A DNA stretch of 64,000 nucleotides, from assembly GCF_037042905.1 (NCBI RefSeq), contig NC_087250.1:22570001-22634000 (forward strand), read 5' to 3'. Position 1 is the stretch's first letter; the number at the start of each line of letters is the position of its first letter. The stretch is from Lytechinus pictus (taxonomy: Eukaryota). This document shows, piece after piece, positions 38,310-53,042 of this stretch. The position numbers and the translations under genes are program-made. Below the pieces are notes generated by a model that worked only from the letters and a program-made list of their open reading frames with translations, searched no databases and was not told where the DNA came from.

Positions 38310-38547
38310 CACTGCAAAAACTCCGTTGTTGATTTAACACCAGCCCGGAATCTATTATGTCCACATCAGATAATTGTTAAACAACCCCGTAAACAACACC
38401 AGTTTCGTTTCGGTTTTACACCAGAAAGGTGTTTATACAACACCAATAACAGCATCGGTTTGATTCCAAACTGGTGTTGTTTCTATACTTTTTTGGTGTG
38501 GACATATATAGATTCCAGGCTGGTGTTAAACCAACACCGGAGTTTTG
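38310..38547. mobile_element. Palindromic MITE starting CACTGCAAAAACTCC (CACT terminus)
   Basis: Inverted arms AAAACTCCG..TTAACACCAGCC / GGCTGGTGTTAA..CGGAGTTTT; the right terminus is eroded. Confidence 0.6.
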
Positions 38548-39229
38548 ACCCCAAGTATTTTCGGGGGGGGGGGGGGTGAAAAAGTAGGCCCTTTTCGTGA
38601 GGGCTTTCTGAATAATGAAAAGGAACTTCAAATTTGGGGGGGGGGACACTTTGCTCACAGGTGCAAAGTTTACCCCCCCCCTCGATCTGAGCTCCTTCTT
38701 GCATGTTTAAAGATAAGGTGCCTGGCGAACTGCTTAGTAATATTCGTCAGTAATATGTTCCAGGAAGTGGACCTAAAAATCGTTATTCAACTGTTTGTTT
38801 TACTTGTGTGTACATAATTTCGAGTATCCGCATGGACCCGAACATATTTTTAAAGGGCCCTAGTTCCTTGTCTTGACAGTAGGCCTACTTGGTTTCCAGA
38901 ACTAGAAACAATTTATTATGTCGGTAGTGTTGCGTTTCCTTATCTTACATTGTTTATGTATTACTTTTTTTTCTATAAATACCAAATTGTGTGGATACTC
39001 ATAGTTTGAAACAAATAATACGCCGGATCGGCGGCGATGCGCGAAATTTTCAAGAAAGTTTGAAAGTGCCCCACCCCTTTCTAATATCCGACAGAGGCCT
39101 CGAGATGGCGCTAGTTTACAAGGTCCTTTTTCGCTGTTACTTTCTCTATTGTATTTCAAGGCGTACAGTTCAATAGAGATTGCGCCCTATTCCCGTTTAT
39201 CGCAGCGAATGAAAACCCGCTATGGCAAA

Positions 39230-39392
39230 ACTGTGTTGTAATTTTACCACTCAATTTTGTACGCCCAATGCGAGACGCCGTGTGCTGCATGCATTGCAAT
39301 GTTGGATAGTTATTTTTAAGTTGTTTCCGTGATTATTTGATTAGGATAGTTTGCTGACAGTTCGGATTATAAGTACTGGCATTTCTTGTGAG
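39230..39392 (+). other. Probable non-coding first exon of a downstream gene (start approximate)
   Basis: Locally CpG-enriched non-repeat segment (39000-39300) ending in a strong GAG|GTAAGT donor at 39393; no convincing ORF. Confidence 0.45.
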
Positions 39393-39559
39393 GTAAGTGA
39401 AAATGTTTAAATTTTGTTTTTGTTCATTTGAAGAATGAAATTCACCTGATTAGGAAGTTGGTTCTCGATCTGTCGACTCGACTCGAGGCGAGCTCTCGAG
39501 TCGCAGTCGATTCGACACCTCAACCTGGCCTGAAAGTGAGACTGAGAGATTGATTTGAG

Positions 39560-39775
39560 AGTTAATGTTATACCGAGGTTTTCTACCTGACTGCTAAGAA
39601 AGCACGAATGCCTGTGAGCAAGCAACCAGGGGACCAACGGCTTAAGGTCCTCTCCGAGGGACCTGGTAATGACGATAAAATGCCTTACCAAAGCCAAGGG
39701 CACTAGCGCACCAAATTGGGAATCAAACCCGGGTCACCGGAATCCGAAACCCCCGCTCTACCGACTGAGCTTACT
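39560..39775 (-). mobile_element. tRNA-derived SINE
   Basis: Minus-strand head AAGCTCAGTCGGTAGAGCG ... GGTTTGATTCCC followed by a SINE core. Confidence 0.75.
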
Positions 39776-40269
39776 TCTCAATCTCATCTGTTTGCGAGTG
39801 TTCAGCGATATTTTTCATGTTAGATTGATAATCATGTTATCAAACAATTGAGAAAGGACCAGGAATTTTACATGTCCAGTTGACAAGCATTTAACTTTTC
39901 TAAACCCTTTTTTTTTAAATAATTTTAAATTGGAATTTCACCACAGCATGTTGATGTTCAGGAGACCTGGCCTGGCACAACTCCGAGTCCGCGTCTGGGT
40001 GTAAAAAATAAAATGAAAATTCAAAATGAGTGCAAGTGGACAGTGGTGTACATGTTTAATTTGCATGTGGACGTCGTCTAGACTATTAATTTAGAACATG
40101 ACAGAATGTTAGATTCGTGCAAGTGTGCATTTTTGGAATTATGATTTTGCTAATTTTGTCTACTCGCAATTTTCATATTCACTTTGCTGCACAATGACAA
40201 TGTTTGAGCTTAACTCAAGCTCGAGGAGCTCTTCCACCTAATGACTGTTTATTAACTTTCATGGCATCA

Positions 40270-40367
40270 AATCATCCTCACCTTCATCGTCATCATCGCA
40301 GTCATCATCATCATCACTACCATCATCGTCATCATCATCGTCATTCACAGTCATCATTATCATCACC

Positions 40368-40413
<46 letters not shown>

Positions 40414-40637
40414 CATCATTGCCACCATAATCATCACCACCATCACAAGCATCATCGTCATCATCACCACCACCAAAATCAACATCACTATCATCAACAT
40501 CACCATCTTCCTCCTACTCCTCCTCCTCCTCCTCCTCCTCCTCCTCCTCCTCCTCCTCCTCCTCCTCCTCCTCCTCCTCCTCCTCCTCCTCCTCCTCATC
40601 ATCATCATCATCTCATCATCAACATCATCATCATCAT
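40270..40637 (+). repeat. (CAT/CAC)n and (CCT)n trinucleotide microsatellite
   Basis: Directly visible; produces spurious poly-His/Pro/Arg ORFs. Confidence 0.95.
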
Positions 40638-41654
40638 TTTTTTCTCCACGCCCAACTCTATCGAAATCTATCAAAGTCCTGTTGACTATTAAACCTTGAT
40701 GACCCTCTTGTTGACCTTGGAGATTTGTTCACCCTCACTTTTTTTTCTTCTGAACTTGTCGTTTTCCAAGGCAAGGGATTCATCGTTTTCATTGACGAAC
40801 ACAATCAGGGTCCGTGTTTGACAGGCAGGCCCTGTTTTAAGAGTAAACTGTCATATTAAAATCAATTAGAAGTCAACTTAAAATTTCTTCTTTTGTATGC
40901 TCATTACATGTCGAGTATGTATGCAAATTCTTGGAGCAAAAACAAAACTCTGTAGGTGTGTACAAACATTGTATGAGATCACTTTTATAATGAACATGTT
41001 CATAGTGGATGTTCAAAGTGGAGTCATATATGTAGTCTTCACTCTGCAAACACAGACCCTTACTATCAGTACTGTAAAATCGGTCTTTGATGATAGAATT
41101 CTTGAATATCTGGTATACCAATTTTAGACCTGGCTTGTAAGCAACATGTAAAGTACACAATCCCCATTCAAGTCCAGTAGTTTTAAAATTCTGACCAAGT
41201 CTGTAACATGTTTCAGCAAACTAGGGTTTGTGCCTGTAGACTAGAAGTCATCCATTATTCAGCTGTTGTAATGTCTGCTCAGATGGTGTGTTAGGCTCAT
41301 TAGAAGGAACAGATAAACATTCCAACCTATTAACAGGGCCTGATTGCACCAAGATAAAATCATTTTCTCAGATTCTACATGTACATGTACAATGTATGTT
41401 GAAGGAAAAAAAATTCATGGGGGCTGGCTGGGGGCGATTCAGCCCCTGATAATGCTCCAAAGAGCCCAGGAAAATAATTAAAAAGGAGCGCTACACCATG
41501 TAGAAATTTCCATGCATTGCAGTGTTAAAAGCTTATCCATTGTTGCAGATTGAGGCAGTATATTAGTTGTGAAAAGTAGTCCCTTGAAAAAAACAAATTA
41601 AAAAAAATCATTTGGCTGCTAGATCCCATTCTCATTATACTTTTTCTTGAACAA

Positions 41655-42120
41655 GGACCCCGTTCTCATTACGTTTTCTAAAACTACACCATGTACAAGT
41701 AGTTTACTAAAAACCCGTTCAGGAAAACAGTTTGGAAGATCACTTTGCTAGCGTTCCCATTTGATCACCCAAAAGTGGTTTTCAAAACCACTTCATGTAA
41801 AGCGGTCTTGTTGCTATGGGAACACTCAGTGGGGTGACATGTTTCACGCAAAATTTTTAACTGCAGCGTAGGCATTCCACATACAGTGAGTAGTGTGCTC
41901 GAAATGTGCAAAGATCGCTTCCTGAAGAACTGCTGTGTTCTCACTTACACTTAAACCAGTTTAACGAGGCAAAGCGATCTTCAAAACTACATCACGAGGT
42001 GGTTTTCTGAACCAGTTTGGGAGATCGCTTCAAAGACCGCTTCGACCGTTCTCATTACACGCTAAACTAGTTTCCACTATTTAGTACCCAGTTTTAGGAC
42101 AGTAGTGAGAACAGTGTCTT
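41655..42120. mobile_element. Interspersed repeat/MITE with an inverted partial copy at ~48995-49330
   Basis: Termini GACCCCGTTCTCATTA / TAGTGAGAACAGTGTC. The interior matches the reverse complement of 49000-49330. Confidence 0.6.
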
Positions 42121-44850
42121 AGTTTCCACTAAAAAACAGATTTCCAGTAAAATAATTTTAGTACTGAAACGAGAAAGAGGTCATTGAGCTGGCTTATGTA
42201 CACGTATAGAAATAGAAGGAAAGGTGAAGTGTTCTTCAAAAAGGTCTAGCATAGAGCAAATCTCCTACAGGTACATGTAGGCCCATTTGTTTTGGGAGAG
42301 TCAAGTTAAATCCGAACAAAAGTTGATTTGAATGAAGAGAGAGAGGGAGTAAAATACACATGCTTGTAAAGGCTGATAATTTCTCCAAATCGGATGTGAT
42401 ATTCATAGAAAGATATGACTTTTAATAAAAATGTTGCTTTATTTCACACAACAGTTTATAGATATTATGCACATACTGGTTTGTACATGTACATGTATGC
42501 AAGTGAGAGGATGAATGACACCACCCACTCCCATTCTCTATATGAATATGATATAAAATAAATTATGTCTTTTAAACAAAGATTTATTCATCCCTGAACA
42601 TCTGGCATTACCATTGATTTAACATTTTGTGGTTCAATCAAGAGAGTCCTTTATACTGGTATTTTCAAATATGTAAAATTTAAATATTGTTAATTCAAAG
42701 TTCAAACAATAAAAAAAAAGAAGAAATATTGAGTGAGTGGCATCATTGACTTTCAGGATTTGCATCATCAAGTTGTGCATTTTACCATTTTGTGAAAAGA
42801 AAAACAAGCAAAATTGTAAAATGTTATCATAAAATCTTCATCCCATTTTGATGAAATTTTATTCTTGTTTTGATTCTCTTTTTTTCAGGATTCAAATCAA
42901 CTTTATATTTTCTGGGGTGGATTTGCCTTTTAAGCTTTTGAGTGCTTGAGCTGTAGGGTGTGTAAAAAGTGAAAATGTACATGTACCTGTATGTTCATTG
43001 TATACACACACTATACGTGTGCATGTACATTTGTAAATGTAAATGTGCAAACAATGGATGTTACAATTTACATTCACCGATGAAATAGTTTGTTGTTATA
43101 GTACAGGTATCATTTATTTTCATTTTATTTCACCTTTTTATTTACTGTGGATGTGTATCATCATCATCATCACCATCACCACCAATACCATCATCATCAT
43201 TACCATTTTGACCCCCACTACCACAAAAGGGTCTTTGCAAGGACGTGTACTTGTATCTTCCACATGTGGGTATTCCAAGTATAAATAAAAGTCTGATAGT
43301 GGAGACTAGCTGTACATTAGTAGGATAATGGTGGCTGGTAGTGACAGCCAGGCATCAAGTAAAAGCCTGTATGATCAAGTCTAAAGCATGCATGTGGCCT
43401 GAAACACCTGTAGACCGGTACATCTTGCACTCTAGGGGATTTCCCTGGTAAGGAGCCATCCGCATTCCATGTTCCTTTCATGCTAAACATTTCCCCCAAA
43501 ACAATGACTCAGATATCAGGAACGATTCTGCTGATTGGAGATGGACGCACCAGCTCAAGTCCCAAACTACATGTACTCGACTCATAAAGTCTGGTTTAAC
43601 TGTATACATGTACATGTAGGCCATGGCCTATTAAACTCTGTTGAAATTATTGGAGACCAATAATTTCAAGATCACGTTTGCACTTTTATCTTCCCTGTCT
43701 TAACTTTACCTTCTTTGTCATAAATGGTGAACAAAACTTTCAGTATTATTTCCAAGATTCAGTTTAATACGAATGATTCAAGTGTCACTGTATGGCAGCA
43801 CTTGTACTGTATAGAATGTGTTGGAGAATACATAGTTTATAAAGACGAACCAAGTACTTCAACTTGTACCGGTAATTGATTTCTTCATACATGTATCTAA
43901 ATTTATGATCAATGATTCAATGGTTTACATGTAACATATACATGTACATGTATTATTTTAGTTTACATGTAACTTTGGAAACAAGGTACTGTACATGTAC
44001 TTGTAAGTACAGTGTGTACATGTTAATAGTAGATACAGTATTCATAAGACCACCAATATGAAACTGAAATTTTTGAAGAACAACTAGAATTCTATACAAT
44101 TTTATTGCCCTTGTATTCAAGCAGTTTTGAAAGGACAACTTGAGTATCTATAAATCTATTTTATAGAGCCTGCAATTGAAGGCTTCCAAATGTTTTGTAT
44201 GTAATTTTGTGTATGCAGTTGGGACAGAGCTTATTCTCCCCCCTCCCGGAAAAAAAATTACATGGGAGGGGGGGGGGGGGCGGGGCTTATAGCAATTTTG
44301 TTGTAGAATTACTTGAAAGAGCCCTGGAAAATCCCCATGTAATACAGCTTATCCGATATTGCAGATTTAGGCAGTAATTTGTGAAAGTAACCTCCGAAAA
44401 TAAAAATTCATTTTTGCCCATCTCCCCCAAATTGGCAACATTTATAATTTTTCTTGTTGCTGCATGAAATGAGAGATGATCAAAATACTAAATAGATTCT
44501 AGAAATATGATTTGTATGAAAAAAGTGAAATTTTCATCACATCACCAAAATCAAAAATAATAAATAATCCCAAGAGATACCACCTGCATGTACATGTACA
44601 CTGTAACATTGAAACTTAATTTTTCATCAGAGAATCTTTTTGGTATTTTCTGAAAAATAATACCTGCATATTTTATACGAGAGTAATTTCAATCTGACAT
44701 TGACAGTGAATTTGCTGACTGACTATACAGTAATGTACCCGCATATATGTATGGTTCAGAACTTCAGATTTCCAGTGAGCACTATATACATACACTGTAC
44801 GTGTACATACAGTACCGTTTACCTGGAGACCAAAATAAACCACAACTTAA

Positions 44851-47149
44851 AGGGATGATCCAGGGACTCGATTTTAAGGCGCGCGAGAGCGATCGCGCGC
44901 TACATGCGCGCCTTAATCCATTTTTGGTAGCGTGATTAATAGCGCACCTCGCGATAGCTAACCTGCGCGAAAATGCCTAAAGTCGCCCTCGAAATCACCC
45001 AAAATCATGCTTTCGGGGGCGACATAAAATCTGAATGTCGCCCCCGAAATTATTGCCGAGTGATAACAACTCAACGGCCCACTAGTGCCATATGCTCGAG
45101 CTCCGCTTACCATTTAAAAACCATCCAAAATCCACACTCAAAATCACGAATAAGCCTTAAAAGTAGCGAGTAGCGCAGTTTCAAATTCCGAAGTTGCGTT
45201 ATTTTTTCTGTACCACGTATTTCCATACACATGGTACCAGGTATGGAAAAAAAAATCAACGCAACGGTCGGGAAAGAGTTGCATGTATAGGGATCCATTA
45301 TGACTACCACCGTGTGCCATTTCGAATGCACATGTTTCCCCTACAGATATCACAATTCTGTGATAAAATAATTCGAATTACACAGGAAATAAATCCCAGT
45401 CTAGTAACCTAGCATTGGTGAGTTGTCATTCGGCTTTGCTTTTCAAAACGGCTTATTAACTTCCAAAATAAGTTATCTAATTTATCAATTATAACTAAAA
45501 AATCATTTGTTTTCTTTTTCTAGGGGATGAGGTATTATATCAGACAATAAATCATCAAACAAAGCTCCATCTTTTTTACAAGGACGGCGGCAGGCTCACG
45601 CATTGGCGCTTTTACTAGCTAGCCAGTTGGAGCTCTGTCTCTCTGCCAGAGCTCTGGGGGACAATTCGCTCAGTAAAGGCCTCAATGATGGTGATTTTCT
45701 GTTTCAGACAGAGTTTACATTTCAGGAATATTATTCAAAACTGCCAATAAAGTTTGATGATTTCTTCATTGTCATGTACATTTAAGTTCTTAATGAATAC
45801 ATTCTCACCAAATTTAGACTCCCCCATAGAGAAATTAAATTTTCATGGAGATCTGCGTTTTCAAAGAACTTCAGGAAAAGTTAGGGTACGTAAGTGGGCC
45901 TTTATTACATGTACATGGCTGACTAGGGTATTGTACTGGAATAAATGGAGTAGAAATTATATATTGAATTAATTTATATCCAAGTCCAACTCACAGTCAC
46001 ACACACACGCACACACCCACACACACCCACCCATCCACACACACCCACATCCAAGATTCTAAACATGATAAATAACTTTAAAAATCATACAATATTAAAC
46101 AAAAAGTAATAATTCCTTAATAAGTGAACAGGTATTCCTCAAAATACAAAAAAGTAGCATTTAAAAAGAGCCCCTCAAATTTGACAAAAAAATTAAAATG
46201 GAGCCCCCGAAAAAAAAAAAAAAATTGTCAGTGACTTAACTTTTAGCCAAAGTCAAAACCTAACTAAAACAGGTTTTACAACACACAATCTAATTACAAT
46301 ACATTGTAAAACAATTATAAATACTTCCTTTGGTTGTTGATTGTAATTTTATAGTACATACATTTCCTCCATCCATTTTGTTAATTGGGCAAAAAGCTCC
46401 CCTTGTATGTTGAAGAAGAGCTTTTTGAAGTGCTCCTCTACCGCTCTCCTTAAAAGTTCTAGGAGAGCTTTTTATTGCTCCCCTTATAATTATAAAACCG
46501 AGTCCCTGATGATCCAGGCTGGAAATATTTGAATCTTTAATAATAAATAGAGTAAAATTCACAGAGCAAAATGCTGAAAATTTGATCGAAATCGCATAAC
46601 AAATAAAAGTTATTGAATTTTTAATTTGCATTATTCCGGTGAAACAGTTCTAGGCATGTCTTTATGAATATTCATTAGGTGGGCTGATGATGTCATATCC
46701 CCACTTGTTCTTTGTATTTTATTATATGAAATTAGGTTTATTCAAAATGTTTCTACCAAGAACTATTAAAAAACAATTGGATTGACAACTGATTACATGT
46801 ACATGTAAGTGCATTAGTTATTTTATTGCCACAACTTATTTCATCATAATGGAGACACATCATTTACACATGTATGAAAAAATGAAATATTTATGATTTC
46901 ATGTACTGGTAATGACATCTAAGGAATGTGGGGATGTGACATCATCAGCTCATCTAATGAATATTCATGATGATATGCATGTAACTGTTTTCACAAAATA
47001 TTGATAAACTTTAAAATTCAATAAGAATAACTTTGTTTATATTTGTTATCCGATTTCGATGAAATTTTCAGCATTTTCCTCTGTGAATTTTATAATAGAA
47101 TTTTGGTCTATTTATTTAGATATAAATATTTTCAGCCCGGACCATCCTT
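44851..47149. mobile_element. Kolobok-like MITE (TTAA TSD) whose left TIR is split by a CAGGG element
   Basis: The reconstructed left end AGGGATGATCCAGGCTGGAAATATTT matches the reverse complement of the right end AAATATTTTCAGCCCGGACCATCCTT-TTAA. Confidence 0.8.
44861..46508. mobile_element. 1.65-kb non-autonomous element, TIR CAGGGACTCG(A/G)TTTTA, 6-bp TSD ATGATC (hAT-like)
   Basis: TIR pair visible; ATGATC at 44855-60 and 46509-14. Confidence 0.85.
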
Positions 47150-50100
47150 TTAATGCGGGTCCATGGTTTTAGACATGGGTTTCTGTGCCACATATACTTG
47201 TATTCACTGTAATGCAAATATGGTTTCTTATTTTGGTTTTGGTTTTTACATCTTTTGTTGTATGTAGGCTAATTGCATTGAGCACAGTAGTAACACTTGA
47301 GAGACAATCAAATTGTCAGAGCTGTTCTTAAAATAATTGTCAAGTACTTCCTTCTTACATGTATTTCAAATTCTTGTGAGAACCAGTTTCTTCCATTGTT
47401 TTGGACAACTTCCATATTCATACACATACATACATACAGAATACAGTGTGTGCTGTATTTTATAGAATCTAATTTTGAGAAATGCATGTAATTCTCAATC
47501 ACTGGACAATATACCTGTACCAGTCTTGCCAATCATGTACAGTGTTACATGTACAATGTATACTGTGTAGGCCTTCATGTACATCATGTTTCTCATGAAG
47601 TTGTATTAAAATTGGAGAATTTACATGGAGGCTGATGCAATTTATAAAGCAAGAGAGAAAATCAACAAGCTTTGAGCCTGGGTACATGTACTGTATATTG
47701 TTGAAACATAAACAGAAAAGAAAATTATGATAATATTCACATGAAAATTTGTTTACAAATTGCTTGAGAACATTTCATATTTGTACACAACAGACTAGAT
47801 TTAGACACTGTGTTGTGTTCACACAGAAGTAGTGTACATGTAGAACCCTATTTCTAGAAATAACTCATTCTTGACCTTGCTGGTCTGCACAAATCTACAT
47901 ATATGTGATCAGCCTTTCCGTATATTACATGTTGGCCTAAATACAGTAGGCCGAAATGTACTGTTGTGTAGGCCTATTTGTGTAACCATCAGGAATAGCT
48001 CCATTGTGTATTACTCTTGAAATTGCATGTAAACCCATGGGGACTACAAACGGAACTGAAAGTGAAATGGGCATTGTTTGTTTATCAGCCTGGATCTCTA
48101 GTCATATCCTGGGCTATTATGATTTCCTCATCGTAAGTGGCCTGATTGCTACTCATGCTCGGTACTTGTTAGTGTTGATTGATTGATAAATGTGTGCATA
48201 CATGTACATACCTGTTTGCCACTACTGGGCCTCGTCTTGCAAAGAGTTACGATTGATCCGATCAACCTCAAATATATGAAAATCCATCAATGACATAATA
48301 TTTTTTAACAGGAAATTTACACAAATGTCTTTGTAACAAAGAGAAACACTAAGTTGATTTTTTAAGAAAAAGATGGGTGTATTGCTTTCAACAAAATATT
48401 TTTAATAAACATGCATTTTAGATTTGACATTGCTCGCTATTTGTGATTGATTGGATCAATCGCAACTCTGTGTATTAAGACAGGGCTCTGGGCTATTATA
48501 TTTCCTCATCATAAATGGCCTGATTGCTAGGTACTAGTGTTGATTGATTGATAGATGTATGTATACCTTTCTGGTTTTGATTGGACTTGCTCAACAATGC
48601 TTTTCTCAAGATTTGATGAAGAGTCTTGATTCAAGTTTGATTGTTTTGTATTCATTCAGGTATTGTTTATAGAGATCTGTAAAATTATATTTTCATGTAG
48701 GACTTTGTGCTATGGATGAGATGAATTCACAAAGGGTGCACGGACGGGACATCACTGTCGAAGATATGGGGGGGGGGGGGATGGTCTCCCAAAGTTCCAT
48801 GACCAAGAAAAATAAAATAAAGTTGTGTCCCCCAACGTTTTTGGCTCAATTGGTCTTTTACACATGTGCAAAATGGACAAAGAAGTGGACATGTCATTGA
48901 AAAATTTTAAAACAAATTTCAGCTTATATACAGTATGTATGACTATTTTCTCACTACATGTACATGTGCCTTCCTAAAACTACAACTACATGTACGTGTA
49001 GTTTAGTGGAAACTAGTTTAACGTGTAATAATGAGAACGGTCGAAGTGATCTTGGATGCGATTTTCCAAACTGTTTCATAAAAACACCTCATGATATAGT
49101 TTTCAAGATCGCTTTGCCTCGTTAAACTGGTTTTAGCGTATTAGTGAGGACACAACCGTTCTTCGGGAAGCAATCTTCTCACATTTTGAGTGGGCTACTC
49201 TACACACTGTGTGTAGAATCATGCCTACGATGCTGTTTCGAATTTTGCAATACCGGTATGTGAATTTTTTTTGAAAACCACTTCCGGGTGATCAAATGGG
49301 AACAATAGCAAAGCGATCTTCCAAACTGGTGAATAGACCTATAGTTGTACTATGTACATGTATAGACACTCGGGCCCGCATTCTGACATCAGGTTTAATA
49401 GACCATGGTCTAACTCTGTGCTATTAAAATTATGGAATTATGAATTTTCCTTACTTTGTACAATACATGTATCTTTCTTACATACTGAGCTCATGAATGG
49501 TGAAGAAAGCTATCTTATTCATCCTTTCGAAAAAGTTAAGAATGATTTGAGAGAAAAATGAGTTGATATATTGAAATTCTACTGTTAAGAGATTTACATG
49601 TATGCCACTATTGGCTATCCATAATTAAACCACAACTTTAAACCAGAGTTTAAATTAAACCCGACTTCAGAATACGGGCCAATATGCTCAAGGCCTGTAA
49701 AGTCTGGTTGTTTTTATCAGACCAGGGACCAGACAGTGCTGAGCTTGTTGCTCATGTATTGTACACTGTACATGTATTTTATATTTGATGTGTTTTATAC
49801 ATGTACTGTACATATATTGCCAATATGATACAGTATACGGTAGGCCTATAGCTTTGTCTTCTGCATGTAGGCCACAAGTAGGCCTACAGTACATGATGCC
49901 CAGCAATTCTGTATGCAGGTGCAGTTGCTGTCATTTCATATAAACCCAGTAAATACCTGTAGTGTTATGATGCAAAGCGAGAGGGAAAGAAAGGAAGGAA
50001 AAGCGAGTAACCGTTGAATTTACTGTAATAGATTTTAGATGAAGTGTGTAATTGTCTAATATCCTTGACATTAGTTTGGTGTGCAAACAAGCATAGGAAG

Positions 50101-51594
50101 AGTTGGTTATTTACAATGGACTCTTTCCAGTCTTGCTCATTTTTTGTTGTTGATACACTGTACATGCACTTGGTGGGTGTAAAAAGCTGTTTTTATTTAA
50201 GTTACAATTGGATGAAAATGCCTGACTGATGACCCTGTTCTTGTGCTACATGATCATGTACAAGTAATTAGTATACATGTGTGTTTGTTTGTAAAGTACA
50301 TGTAAGATTTAGCACTTTAGAACATGTTCCAGTCTTTCTTGAAGTTGTTCAGTTGTACTTGCAGGAACAGCTTTACGACCAGCTTTGTGAAACTCCCACC
50401 TGGGCTCCATAGCACAAAGATTAGCGATCAATCTCTAAACGAGCTAACCAATCAAGATCAACATTACACGCGCATTTGGCGCAAAATAATGACCCGGATC
50501 CAATCAGAAGTGTTCTCTCATACTTGCTATTCATCGCTATAAATCTTTGTGAAACACCCACCAGGTGACTGTTTCATAAAGCAGTTCCTACATTAATAGT
50601 TACAAGCAACTTTACAACCACTGGTGACCCTTTCTTGTGGTCATGTAGGACTATACCATACTGTATACATGTACCAGGTTTTCGTCTAGCTTGATTTAAT
50701 AGTTCCTGAGAAAAGGGTCACCAGTCGTTCATAAAGTTGCTTGTATTCTACATGTACCAACAGCATGAAATACCCACCAGGCCGTTGTACAGTAGTCGTG
50801 GAAGTACTGTAGTACAAATGGCTATGTGACAGTATACAAATAGCGAATAGGCATGAGTGCGATGGTGCGAGATTTCGTATGAGGTGAAAGAAACATGCTC
50901 TATTCAACGAGGCGTTCAATCTTGCACCATTGCACGAATAAGAATATTCGCTATTTGTGTTGTACAACGCCTCGGAGTTTAGCGAAAATATGAAAAAAAG
51001 AAGAGTTTTTCCCTGCAGTAATCTATGAAAAGGGAGCAAAAATATTGAAAGCGAAAAGCAAAATCCCACAAGCGCACATGATCTTGGGCAGCATTGCGCA
51101 TTTAGCCAGCAGGCTATATATGCGTATTGCACCTTCATTTTTACTGAGCGCAATGAATAAAATCGTATTGTAACGTCACCTCCTAAAGTCGTGCAACGGT
51201 ACATTTTGGACGGTACATTTTGACTGGTATGTCGTGTGTGCAACGGTACGAATGTTTGACATTCAGCCTCCCATTTGCTTGTGTACAACAAGCTATTAAG
51301 TAGGCGTTGTACAACATGTGACATTAATACAGACAGTGTACAATACATACCGGTACGTGTGCATATTTATGTATGGAGAAAGGTGTGCATTGTACATGGA
51401 GGCCTACTGTAATCTGTACAGGAACAAACTCACACGTATGTATCCAGACGTCTGGCAGAAAGGGGGAAATCCCCTATTGTTTTTTGGACATTCCCAAAAG
51501 GTCAACACAACACAAGGGGGTAGACTTGGGAAAACAATGGGGGCGAAAACATGAATAATGTCTACTGTTACATTTGCATACTTACATATATGTG

Positions 51595-51777
51595 CAGGGG
51601 TGTGAGAGTTCAGATTTTTATCTGATTTCAGATTTTTTTGTTTTGATTTTCAGCTTAATTTCAGCTTATTTTTGGCCTTCCTCTGTACAAAAAGTATGGG
51701 AGCTCTTTCTATTTCAGACTTTTTCAACACTCTTCAGCTTTTTTCAGATCTTTTTATTTGTGACCACTCACACACTG
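51595..51777. mobile_element. CAGGGGTGTGAG MITE, near-identical to 10086-10269
   Basis: Visual alignment shows only a few mismatches. Confidence 0.85.
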
Positions 51778-53042
51778 ACTGTACAATGTACAAGGCCTAC
51801 ATGTACCGGTACATGTGTTTTATGACCGTGAAGGATATGCTGCACACATTTCTACACCAAATGTGTATTGATCAACAGTGTTCTTGTTTGATCAAGTGGT
51901 TTACCATAGTGTGTAGATTATGAGTTTATTTGCTAACCTTCATGCTTTTGTAATGATGATTCACATGAATAGTGTTGACTACTGTTTGAAAACCTTGGGT
52001 GATACTAGAGGAGCTACATACTGTACATTGTACATGTACATGTAGGTCCGTATTCTGTCCGTATTGTACATGTACATGTCCGTATTGTACATGTACATGT
52101 AGGCCCGTATTCTGAAGTCAGGTTTAACTTAAACTCAGGTTTAAAGTTGTAGTTTAAATATGGGAAGCCAAGAGTATCTAATTTTTATTAAGTTGTATAT
52201 GTTTCCTATGTTTACTGTGCTCTTTCCTGATTCATCGATGGTGAAGACAATAATATATAAATGTATACTTCCTAGACAATTATGAATGATTTGAGAGCCA
52301 AATGAGCTGAAGTATGATATCTCTACTGTTAGTGATTTATGTAACAATTGGCTATCCATACTTAAACCTCAACTTTAAACCTGAATTTAAGTTAAACCTG
52401 CTATCAGAATACGGACCCATATCAATATGGCAGGGAATGTACGTGTAGGCTACATGTACATGTACATCAGTGTAGTACATGTACATGTACAATGATTCCC
52501 AAATCTGAATACATGCTCCAAACATTTATGCTTTGAGGCGACCATTTTTTTCAAAATCATTCGCTACTTTGAGTTTTTGTGCTACATGTACAGTGTGCAA
52601 ACAATACCGTACCCTAGAAAGCATGTTTGATCTTTAATGTACTGAAAATTTTATTAATTAATTAATTAATTAATTAAGTTATTTATGTATTTATTCATTC
52701 ATTTACATGTATTTACTTATTTATTTATTTGTTTATTTATTTATTTATTTACTTATTCATTAGTTTCATTTATTTTTTAATAAAGAAAAAAATAGGGGGG
52801 GGGGGGCTTTCAGTGTTCATGTACTTTGCAGGAATAAACATGTACATGTACACGTACAGTACTTGTACATGTAGTACATGTACAAGATTTGTGTCATTTG
52901 TTTTTTACCATCTGTACCAGCTGTTAAATTTTAGTCCTTGAACATTTGATTTTGTACCAGTCGTAAAAAATATTGGGCTGTCTATTAAATTTATTATTTC
53001 TTGAATACTAAAGTTTTTTTTTTTTTCTTTTTTTTCCTTCAG

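Noticed and set aside
40204..40692. His/Ser/Pro-rich 162-aa ORF and its antisense poly-Arg ORF
   Set aside because: Translation of a (CAT)n/(CCT)n microsatellite; no splice signals or domain.
50686..51348. Longest ORF in the window (220 aa, minus strand)
   Set aside because: It crosses several palindromic repeat fragments and has no recognisable motif.
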